DNA of 56,221 nt, filler included, from Callorhinchus milii (taxonomy: Eukaryota), in the NCBI RefSeq assembly GCF_018977255.1. It is 2 parts of 2 records of this genome, joined end to end, with 100 filler letters (N's around TTAATTAATTAA, not from the genome) between each part and the next. Parts side by side here need not be neighbours in the genome. Positions count along the whole stretch, not along the records: positions 1 to 28,064 come from NW_024705677.1; positions 28,165 to 56,221 come from NW_024705678.1. One strand, written 5' to 3'. This document shows, piece by piece, positions 22,901-32,345 of the stretch. A program made the translations under genes and the position numbers. The stretch's first letter is position 1. Each line of letters begins with the position of its first letter. Below the pieces are notes generated by a model, which saw only the letters and a program-made list of their open reading frames with translations, was not told the DNA's origin and made no database searches.

Positions 22901-25900
22901 TTTATGGACGGCCCCTAACAGCTATTTTCATTGGAGTATATGACAGGTGAGGCTCTGCCTCGCCTGCCTCCCCTGACTGCACGTCCCTGGTATAGCAGTG
23001 TCTAGTAGTATGTATGTACGTTGGATTTCTTTGTCACCGTACGTAGCCAACCTCGCTAATGGGAGGTGCGGGGGAAGGACAACAAACTAAAGACAACAGC
23101 AGCAGCAGCAGATGTAACGAGAGGAGTGCCGTGCGCTGTGCACAGAGACCTTGCGCTTGCTGGGAGCTGCCCTCGCGTGAGACTCTCCCACGGTGGCCCA
23201 GCGTGAAGCAGCCCCCTTGCCTCCTCCTGCGTGAACACACGCACACACGTGAACACACGCACACACGTGAACACACGCACACACGTGAACACACGTGTGA
23301 ACACACGGACACGCATGAACATATGCAAGGACAAAGCTCCCCCGTATAGCCTTAACAGACTGTAGGGGCAAGTGCTGTTAGTGAGCACCTATGAAGGCCA
23401 GAACGGTACACGAGGGGGTGGGTGGCCAGCACCACGCCCGACCGTCTTTGTCTCCCCAGTGGTGATGTTTACACACCGCACCAGGTACTCAGTTGAGGCT
23501 GAGCCGACATAGGGGAGGCCCAGGACCGGTTCAAATAATCGTCACTGGTGTTGACCGTGAGCGGGAATCGAACCCGGGTCGCCGGGTTCATAGCGCAGCG
23601 CGCTAACCGCTACACTACCGCTCCCCATATGCACACGCGTTAACACACGCACACACGTGTGAACACACGGAAATGCATTAACACACACACACACACACGT
23701 GTGAACACACCCACACGCGTATTTATGCATGCAAACATTTACTCACTCACATATTTACCAAAAAGTCAATGATCTCCCCTGTGCCGCCTTAACAGACTGT
23801 TGTCACAGGACAGAACCAGGTGCCATGCCATGGGTTGACTGTTGTGCCAGGCTAGGTGCAGGTCACGAGACGGACCCTGCAGGTGCCATAGGTTTACTTA
23901 GATGACTGCCAGATGCACCACCTGTGCCCGCGACTGTGCCAACTCGGTCCACAATTAAAAAGATGCCCCGTGTAGCCTTCACAGACTGTTGCGGTCAAGT
24001 GCTGTCAGCAAGCAGCATCTACGAAGGCCAGCACGGCACACGGGGGGATGGGCAGCTAGCAACACGCCCGACCGTCTTTGTCTCCCCGGTTGTGATGTTT
24101 ACTACACACCACTGCACCGGGTACTTATTTTGACGCCGAGTCAACCTAGGGGAGGCTCAGGACCGGTTCGGATCGTCGTCACTGGTGTTGGCCGTGAGCG
24201 GGCATTTAACTTGGTTCCGCTGGTGATTACAACCAGCTTCATCAAGCGAGTCTACAGGGGTCTCTGCGTGAGTCTACAGGGGGTCTCTGTGTGAGTCTAC
24301 AGGGGTCTCTGCGTGAGTCTACAGGGGGTCTCTGAGTCTACAGGGGTCTCTGTGTGAGTCTACAGGGGGTCTCTGTGTGAGTCTACAGGGGGTCTCTGTG
24401 TGAGTCTACAGGGGTCTGTGTGAGTCTACAGGGGGTCTCTGTGTGAGTCTACAGGGGTCTCTGCGTGAGTCTACAGGGGGTCTCTGTGTGAGTCTACAGG
24501 GGGTCTCTGTGTGAGTCTACAGGGGGTCTCTGCGTGAGTCTACAGGGGGTCTCTGCATGAGTCTACAGGGGGTCTCTGCGTGAGTCTACAGGGGTCTCTG
24601 TGTGAGTCTACAGGGGTCTCTGCGTGAGTCTACAGGGGTCTCTGTGTGAGTCTACAGGGGGTCTCTGCGTGAGTCTACAGGGGTTTCTGTGTGAGTCTAC
24701 AGGGGTCTCTGCGTGAGTCTACAGGGGGTCTCTGTGTGAGTCTACAGGGGGTTCTGTGTGAGTCTACAGGGGTCTCTGTGTGAGTCTACAGGGGGTCTCT
24801 GTGTGAGTCTACAGGGGTCTGTGTGAGTCTACAGGGGGTCTCTGTGTGAGTCTACAGGGGTCTCTGCGTGAGTCTACAGGGGGTCTCTGTGTGAGTCTAC
24901 AGGGGGTCTCTGCGTGAGTCTACAGGGGGTCTCTGCGTGAGTCTACAGGGGGTCTCTGTGTGAGTCTACAGGTGGTCTCTGTGTGAGTCTACAGGGGTCT
25001 CTGTGTGAGTCTACAGGGGTCTCTGCGTGAGTCTACAGGGGTCTCTGCGTGAGTCTACAGGGGGTCTCTGTGTGAGTCTACAGGGGTCTCTGCGTGAGTC
25101 TACAGGGGGTCTCTGTGTGAGTCTACAGGGGTCTCTGTGTGAGTCTACAGGGGGTCTCTGTGTGAGTCTACAGGGGGTCTCTGTGTGAGTCTACAGGGGT
25201 CTGTGTGAGTCTACAGGGGGTCTCTGTGTGAGTCTACAGGGGTCTCTGCGTGAGTCTACAGGGGGTCTCTGTGTGAGTCTACAGGGGGTCTCTGTGTGAG
25301 TCTACAGGGGGTCTCTGCGTGAGTCTACAGGGGTCTCTGCATGAGTCTACAGGGGGTCTCTGCGTGAGTCTACAGGGGTCTCTGTGTGAGTCTACAGGGG
25401 TCTCTGCGTGAGTCTACAGGGGTCTCTGTGTGAGTCTACAGGGGGTCTCTGCGTGAGTCTACAGGGGGTTTCTGTGTGAGTCTACAGGGGTCTCTGCGTG
25501 AGTCTACAGGGGGTCTCTGTGTGAGTCTACAGGGGTTTCTGTGTGAGTCTACAGGGGTCTCTGTGTGAGTCTACAGGGGGTCTCTGTGTGAGTCTACAGG
25601 GGTCTGTGTGAGTCTACAGGGGGTCTCTGTGTGAGTCTACAGGGGGTCTCTGCGTGAGTCTACAGGGGGTCTCTGTGTGAGTCTACAGGGGTCTCTGTGT
25701 GAGTCTACAGGGGGTCTCTGTGTGAGTCTACAGGGGTCTCTGTGTGAGTCTACAGGGGTCTCTGCGTGAGTCTACAGGGGGTCTCTGTGTGAGTCTACAG
25801 GGGGTCTCTGCGTGAGTCGAGAGGGGGTCTCTGTGTGAGTCTACAGGGGTCTCTGTGTGAGTCTACAGGGGTCTCTGTGTGATTCTACACGGGGTCTCTT

Positions 25901-26196
25901 GTGAGTCTTCAGGGGGTTTCTGCGTGAGTATACAGGGGGCCTCTGTGTGAGTTTACAGGGGTCTCTGTGTGAGTCTACAGGGGGTCTCTGTGTGAGTCTA
26001 CAGGGGGTCTCTGCACGGTCTGCAAGCGCCCTTTTACGTTTGCCTCTTCGTCCTCCGTGCATCGCCACCTCCTTCCTCTTTCTCCTCCCCGTCCACTCCT
26101 CGTCGGAGTCGCTCGACCGCCCGCACTCCGCTCCATTCCCCCTCGCCCTGCGCTTGCCGCGTGCGCGCATGAACTCGGGCTGGGCCGGGTTCATCC
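13388..26196 (-). CDS. PRDM9: PRDM9-like histone-lysine methyltransferase copy 1 (exons 26196-26038, 23226-23150, 21350-21155, 20221-20090, 19390-19125, 17584-17517, 16141-15879, 13998-13388); KRAB exon not on this contig
   Basis: All exons are AG/GT bounded, splice phases match throughout and there are no stops. Domain order is post-KRAB SDEEW, SSXRD, Zn-knuckle, PR/SET, C2H2 array. Confidence 0.9.
14570..15870. repeat. ~23-bp minisatellite GGTGAGTGGTGGCTATCATCTCT (last PRDM9 intron)
   Basis: More than 50 tandem units. Confidence 0.95.
15879..16141 (-). CDS. PRDM9: PRDM9 PR/SET C-terminal exon
   Basis: [50 protein letters not shown]. Confidence 0.93.
16293..17492. repeat. 22-bp minisatellite GTGGTTCTGGTCTCTGTGTGTR
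   Basis: About 54 tandem units filling a PR/SET intron. Confidence 0.95.
17517..17584 (-). CDS. PRDM9: PRDM9 PR/SET 68-nt exon
   Basis: [23 protein letters not shown]; phase 0 to 2. Too short for the ORF track. Confidence 0.92.
17905..19030. repeat. Degenerate ~20-22-bp minisatellite (GGGTCTCTGTGYGAGTCT), two blocks
   Basis: Visible tandem degenerate units. Confidence 0.85.
19125..19390 (-). CDS. PRDM9: PRDM9 Zn-knuckle + PR/SET N-terminal exon
   Basis: [19 protein letters not shown]...GAGLGVW...FGPYQGE...YCWL|GTGAGC. Confidence 0.93.
19771..20025. mobile_element. Short Penelope-like insertion with inverted terminal segments
   Basis: CTTAGTTCTTTCGGTAAAGTCACGTA...TACGTGACTTTACCGAAAGAACTAAG, flanked on both sides by GAGAGTGTGACA. 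Confidence 0.65.
19907..19947 (+). ncRNA. Minimal type I hammerhead ribozyme in intronic Penelope-like insertion
   Basis: CAC-CTGATGA-C-GGAG..CTCC-GAAAC-GTC-GTG. Confidence 0.78.
20090..20221 (-). CDS. PRDM9: PRDM9 SSXRD exon
   Basis: [23 protein letters not shown] is the SSXRD signature (LRERK...Y.E..EPQDDD). Confidence 0.9.
20766..21120. repeat. 29-bp minisatellite CCGGTGAGAATAGAGGGGAGTGTGGAGTT
   Basis: About 12 near-perfect units. Confidence 0.95.
21155..21350 (-). CDS. PRDM9: PRDM9 copy 1 acidic/helical linker exon
   Basis: CTCAG|ACTAAA...[75 protein letters not shown]; phase 0 to 1; GC3-rich codons. Confidence 0.7.
21560..21638 (+). pseudogene. Inverted fragment of PRDM9 KRAB exon 3' end plus donor, inside a copy 1 intron
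   Basis: Reverse-complement match to 4741-4817 ([18 protein letters not shown]); most differences are CpG to TpG/CpA. Confidence 0.8.
22524..22915. mobile_element. PIF/Harbinger-type MITE
   Basis: 25-bp TIR GGGGCCGTCCATAAATGACGTCACG with TAA TSD on both sides. Confidence 0.85.
23150..23226 (-). CDS. PRDM9: PRDM9 copy 1 linker exon
   Basis: 77 nt, [25 protein letters not shown]; bridges phase 1 to phase 0; conserved in copy 2. Confidence 0.6.
24247..26012. repeat. Same ~22-23-bp minisatellite, expanded (copy 1 intron)
   Basis: About 1.77 kb of tandem units at the paralogous position. Confidence 0.95.
26038..26196 (-). CDS. PRDM9: PRDM9 copy 1 post-KRAB exon
   Basis: [17 protein letters not shown]...[12 protein letters not shown] matches the PRDM9 PxFM...DSDEEWT motif. 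Donor is either C|GTAAAA (26038) or a GC donor at 26044; both are phase 1. Confidence 0.8.
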
Positions 26197-27406
26197 CTGC
26201 GCAAGGAGGCAGTCGGTCATTGTTATTTGTACGTATTGGCAGTACACCCGTGCAGCATAGCAACACACCGGGTCCTCGTAACACAGTCCTGACGATGTGA
26301 TTACTATCAGAGCGTGTTTGTTTGCGTGTTCAACACAAGTACGCGTGGTTAATGCAGTAACTTGATTCCTTGCAAAAAGGAATCATCTATTTGGTGTGTG
26401 AACATCTTAACAGCTCCTGTTTTATTGCCAGAAAGGGTAAAACCGATTCCTATTTTTTATACTTTGATTCTGGCAAAAAGGTCCAATGATATAGCTACTC
26501 ACCCCGAGCTATAAATGCTCTTGACACTGCATTGTCTTTGTACTGGTCGCCTTTTGGTGTTGTTCTCTGGTCTGACACTGGTGAGACTAGGCCATGAAGA
26601 AGGCTGTCTCTGGGGTAGACCAATCAGTATCAAAGACAATGATTAAATGTTATCAGAGAGTGTTTGTTTGCGTGTTCAGTACGCGTGGTTAATGCAGTAA
26701 CCTGATTCCTTGCAAAAGCTATAATCTATCTGGTGTTTGAACATCTTAACACCTCCTGTTTCATTCCCATAAAGAGTAAAACCGATTCTTATTTTTCATA
26801 GTCCCGACGATGTCGCCGTTGCCCCTTGAGTGAGCTGCAGGACTCTCCATCAGAAGTTGCACTCAGATTCAGCAGCCGCGTCCCCCATTCCGAACGTGCG
26901 GTGGCGACACCACGAGTCGTATCGAGGCACCGTCCGACCGAGTCTCTAGGGGCACGAGGAGTCCAATCTTGCCACTGGAGCACGGAGCAGCCGATCGTCA
27001 TCAGACTGGGCGCCGCTGTACGGCAACAGACTGCGAAGCTTCGTGTTCAGTGCTGCTCATGTCACGTTCCGTCTTCCCACCGCTTTGGCATCACGACAAC
27101 TGATTTTGACGCACCACCACCACGCCAAAATATCCTTCTGTCTGGGGTCTCGAATCGCGAGGAAATAAATAACTTTTGCCAAAAATGTGATGATTATTTC
27201 ATACAGCGCAACGGTGTACCGCTACTACGTTCATTTATATTATTTGGCTGCTACAATAACCCCAAGCAATACAGTAAACACGATAGGAGTGCAAAGTATA
27301 GAAAAGGTAAACAAATTACACACACACAAAATACATTTTTTTGTAAATATTCTTTGGTTCTTTCGGCAAAGTCACGTAGATAGAAAAATAAAGTGAATAA
27401 AAATAA

Positions 27407-28064
27407 TCAAAAACCACAAAAACGTTCATCCTCACTGATGTTGCTGACTGGTATCTTAGCGCTTTTGAGGGTTGCAGCAATTTCAGATCTTGTAACGTCT
27501 GCAGCGATGCGCCCCAAACCCTTAAGAGCGACATCGACCTGGGCAATAACGTCATCCACTGGAATGTGTTTGGGGGTGACTGAGAAGTTCAACCCTTTAG
27601 CCAAAACCGACTTTAGACCATCGCACATTGGGCTATTACTCAGATTAATAACAACCTTGTCAACGTCTAACCTTTTAACGTGTGGATCTGGTTTCTTGTT
27701 AGAAAGGAGGTTGAACTCGAAAATCAGATCTTTACATTTCGCTGACATTGTAGTGGCTGATTAAGCGGTCATGTTATCTACATGTTCCCAATCAGATGTC
27801 GACATTTTTCCCGTCAATGTTAAGTGTGATTTCAAGAGTGTCTTGTCTACATGATCTAGTTCAGTATGGAGCAGTCTAATTCTCTCTGAGATCAGGGCCA
27901 AGCTCGCCCTGAACAAAATTCGTCTGGCATTGGAAGATGTGACTGCAGCAGAAATCAGTGTCAATGAGATCGGTATTACGTTAGAGTCACGGCATCTCTT
28001 CAGAAATGTGAGTGACTCGATCAGATGAACTTTCTTGTCACGGAGATTGTTAAAAGATTCATGG
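27407..28064 (-). mobile_element. Penelope-like retroelement ORF N-terminal relic
   Basis: FLKRCRDSNVIP...VINLSNSPM...VLAKGLNFSVTPKHIP...SNISEDE, a typical pre-RT region of PLEs, with an internal stop. Confidence 0.75.
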
Positions 28065-28164
28065 NNNNNNNNNNNNNNNNNNNNNNNNNNNNNNNNNNNN
28101 NNNNNNNNTTAATTAATTAANNNNNNNNNNNNNNNNNNNNNNNNNNNNNNNNNNNNNNNNNNNN
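28065..28164. other. Artificial contig-joining linker
   Basis: 44 N + TTAATTAATTAA (stops in all six frames) + 44 N = exactly 100 bp. Confidence 0.97.
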
Positions 28165-28394
28165 CAGTTCCAGACCGTGGCTTTCACCCTGGCTTGGGGG
28201 TCGATAGCAAACCCCCCCCAGGAATAGTTTACCTCTGTTACCATTTTTTAATTCTACCCAAAGTGATTCTGCATTCGCCCACAAATATACAGTCAATTCA
28301 CTTTACAGTGTGTTCTGTGAAGCGCTTTGGGACGTCCTCCCGACGTGAACAGCGCTATATCAAATGCGAGGATTATTATTATTATTATTTGCTC

Positions 28395-28915
28395 TTTCCT
28401 TTTTTATATCCTTTCTCACTTGCATCTCGATAATGGAGCTGATATCCAGCGCCACACCACCTCCTCTTCTCCCAATACAGTCCCTCCTGAACAGCTCATA
28501 ACCTTCCAGATGTTTATCCCATCGATTGGAATCACTCAACCATGTCCCAGTGATGCTAATGATGTCCAATCCCTCACCCCCTACAAGTCCTTCCAGATCA
28601 TGTCTTGTTTGTCAGACTTCTTGCATTATTCAAGCGCCGCTCCGTCGTTTTTTTGCCTTTCCCATTTACCTCATAAGCACTTTTTCTTTCTTTTTCACCA
28701 ACCGTTGGGAGTAAGACCCGTTTCACCAGAGTGCACCTTAAGGTTTTCCCTAATCGGTTTCGAGTGTTCTCTTACACCCAACACACCCAACCCTGTGCCT
28801 GGTTGGAAACCCTCCCTAACTAAACTGTCAACAGCTCCACCCCCCTTTTGTTTGGGTGGAGCCCCTCCGGTCTGTATAGATGTCTCTGGGACTCCTCTCC
28901 TGCACCATTTGTAAA
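28395..28915 (-). mobile_element. CR1-like LINE relic (ORF1 end / APE endonuclease start)
   Basis: DIISITGTWL...LEGYELFRRDCIGRRGGGVAL. Confidence 0.8.
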
Positions 28916-29039
28916 CACTTCTCCCTCCCTAATACTTTGTTATATGAGGGAAACAGAGAAAAAAACATTCCTCATCTGCTCCGCCTTCCCCTTCTGCACC
29001 GAATTCCCACTCTCACCAAATTCCTTCACGGAATTCTGA

Positions 29040-30450
29040 CTCCGCTTCAACTGGCTCGGTTCCCTCCTCACGCTGCAGGGCTCTCTGCTCCCGTTGGGCT
29101 CTCATCAGTCGTGACTGTTGCGCGGGACCTGGTTGCCATCGAAAATGGCCGCCACTCTGTCACTCTCAGTCACTCCACTTGACAGTCGCTCGGGTCTCCA
29201 TCCCCTTCTCCGCCCTTTCTCTCTCCTCCCGGGCTACGTGACTCCGCGGATGCTCATTGGCTGTTGGCAGAGGATTGACATGCAAGGGGGCGGGGGAGAC
29301 GGTGATTGACGTGTAAAGGGGCGGGGGAGACGGTGATTGACGTGTAAAGGGGCGGGGGAGGCGGTGATTGACGTGTAATGGGGCGGGGGAGGCGGTGATT
29401 GACGTGTGAAGGGGCGGGGGAGACGGTGATTGACATGCAAGGGGGCGGGGGAGACGGTGATTGACGTGTAAAGGGGGCGGGGGAGGCGGTGATTGACGTG
29501 TAATGGGGCGGGGGAGGCGGTGATTGACATGCAAGGGGGCGGGGGAGACGGTGATTGACGTGTAAAGGGGGCGGGGAGGCGGTGATTGACGTGTAATGGG
29601 GCGGGGGAGGCGGTGATTGACGTGTGAAGGGCGGGGAGGCGGTGATTGACATGCAAGGGGGCGGGGAGGCGGTGATTGACGTGTGAAGGGGCGGGGGAGA
29701 CGGTGATTGACGTGTAAAGGGGCGGGGGAGACGGTGATTGACGTGTAAAGGGGGCGGGGGAGGCGGTGATTGACGTGTAATGGGGCGGGGGAGGCGGTGA
29801 TTGACGTGTGAAGGGGCGGGGGAGGCGGTGATTGACATGCAAGGGGGCGGGGAGGCGGTGATTGACGTGTGAAGGGGCGGGGCGGCGGTGATTGACGTGT
29901 GAAGGGACGGGGAGGCGGTGATTGACGTGTGAAGGGACGGGGGAGGCGGGATTGACGTGTGAAGGGGCGGGGGAGGCGGTGATTGACTTGAAAGGGGGCG
30001 GGGGAGGCGGTGATTGACGTGTGAAGGGGCGGAGGCGGCGGTGATTGACGTGTGAAGGGGGCGGAGGCGGCGGTGATTGACGTGTAAAGGGGCGGGGGCG
30101 GCGGTGATTGACGTACGGGTGGGCGGAGGCGAGGCGGCGAACGACGTATGGGAAGCCGAGGAGGCGGTGATTGACGTGTGAAGGGGGGGCGGGGCAGGCG
30201 CTGATTGACAGGAGCGGGAAAAGGGCGGGAAGGAGCCGTTCGGAGCGGACGGTTGGGTCGAAGGCCGCGTTCGAGGAAGAAGTGAAGGGGGAAAGGTACA
30301 ACGGGGTTGTAAATGGCGCCCGAGCTCGGGGAGACAGTACAGAGGGGGAGAGGAATGGGAGAGGGGGAGGTGGGGAGAGAACGAGGAGCCCAATAAAGGC
30401 CGCGGGCGCCTCGGGTCGTCGAGTTGTCGCCTGAGGGACAGAAGGTTCTT
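29040..30450. promoter_or_regulatory. CpG-island, probably bidirectional, promoter upstream of TDRKH
   Basis: CpG-rich; YY1-type AAAATGGCCGCC (~29142), ATTGG box (~29256), candidate 5'UTR donor AAG|GTACAA (~30296). Confidence 0.5.
29272..30212. repeat. ~31-bp tandem array GGCGGTGATTGACGTGTRAAGGGGCGGGGGA
   Basis: About 28-30 units, degenerating into unique promoter sequence. Confidence 0.95.
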
Positions 30451-30466
30451 TAATGGCTGCCACCGC

Positions 30467-32345
30467 CTCACACTCATTCCCCTCACACTCACTCACTCAC
30501 TCACTCACACACACACTCACTCACTCACACACTCACACACTCATTCCCCTCACACTCACTCACTCACTCACACACTCACACACACACTCATTCCCCTCAC
30601 ACTCACTCACTCACTCACTCACACACTCACACACACACTCATTCCCTCACACTCACTCACTCACTCACACACTCACACACTCACACTCATTTCCCTCACA
30701 CTCACTCACTCACTCACACACTCACTCATTCCCCTCACACTCACTCACTCACTCACACACTCACACACACACTCATTCCCCTCACACTCACTCACTCACT
30801 CACTCACACACTCACACACACACTCATTCCCCTCACACTCACTCACTCACTCACACACTCACACACACACTCATTCCCCTCACACTCACTCACTCACTCA
30901 CACACTCACACACTCATTCCCCTCACACTCACTCACTCACACACACACACACACTCACACACTCACACTCATTCCCCTCACACTCACTCACACACTCACA
31001 CTCATTCCCCTCACACTCACACACACACTCACACTCATTCCCCTCACACTCACTCACTCACGCACACACTCACACTCATTCCCCTCACACTCACTCACAC
31101 ACACACTCATTCCCCTCACACACACTCACTCACACACACACACACACTCACACACTCACACTCAAACCATCACACTCACTCACAAACTCACACTCACCCC
31201 CTCACACTCACACACACACTCACACTCATTCCCCTCACACTCACTCACTCACTCACACACTCACACTCATTCCCCTCACACTCACTCACACACACACTCA
31301 TTCCCCTCACACTCACTCACTCACACACTCACACTCATTCCCCTCACACTCACTCACTCACACATTCACTCACACACACACTCATTCCCCTCACACTCAC
31401 TCACTCACACACTCACACACACACACACTCATTCCCCTCACACTCACTCACTCACTCACTCACACACTCACACACACACTCATTCCCCTCACACTCACTC
31501 ACTCACACACTCACACTCATTCCCCTCACACTCACTCACACACACACTCACACTCATTCCCCCTCACACACACTCACACTCCCCCCTCACACTCACACTC
31601 CCCCCTCACACACACTCACACTCCCCCCTCACACACACTCACACTCCCCCCTCACACACACACACTCAAACACACTCACACTCCCCCCTCACACCCTCAC
31701 ACACACCCCCTCACTCACACACTCACACTCCCCCCTCACACCCGCACACACACCCCCTCACTCACACACTCACACTCCCCTCTCACACCCTCACACACCC
31801 TCACCCTCACACCCCCCCCCCCCTCACCCCCCACCCCAGGCCCCCTCACACCTCACCCCCCACCCAGGCCCCCTCACACCCTCACCCCCCCACCCCAGGC
31901 CCCCTCACACCCCCCCCCCTCACCCCCCACCCCAGGCCCCCTCACACCCTCACCCCCCACCCCAAGCCCCTCACACCCTCACCCCCCCACCCCAGGCCCC
32001 CTCACACCCTCACCCCCCACCCCAGGCCCCCTCACACCCTCACCCCCCACCCCAGGCCCCCTCACACCCTCACCCCCCCACCCCAAGCCCCCTCACACCC
32101 TCACCCCCACCCCAAGCCCCCTCACACCCTCACCCCCCACCCCAAGCCCCCTCACACCTCACCCCCCCACCCCAAGCCCCCTCACACCCTCACCCCCCAC
32201 CCCAAGCCCCTCACACCCTCACCCCCCACCCCAAGCCCCCTCACACCCTCACCCACCCACCCCAAGCCCCTCACACCCTCACCCCCCCACCCCAAGCCCC
32301 CTCACACCCTCACCCCCCACCCCAAGCCCCTCACACCCTCACCTC
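30467..32345. repeat. Low-complexity (CACT/CACA)n grading into CCCCTCACACCCTCACCCCCCACCCCAAG repeats
   Basis: Simple-sequence array. Confidence 0.95.

Noticed and set aside
21560..28064. Idea that PRDM9 copy 1 has lost its KRAB domain
   Set aside because: In copy 2 the KRAB exon is ~3.4 kb upstream of the next exon, while copy 1 has only ~1.9 kb before the contig ends, so absence is uninformative.
29234..30496. 412/420-aa ORFs
   Set aside because: Products of the 31-bp tandem array; open in several frames with no protein features.
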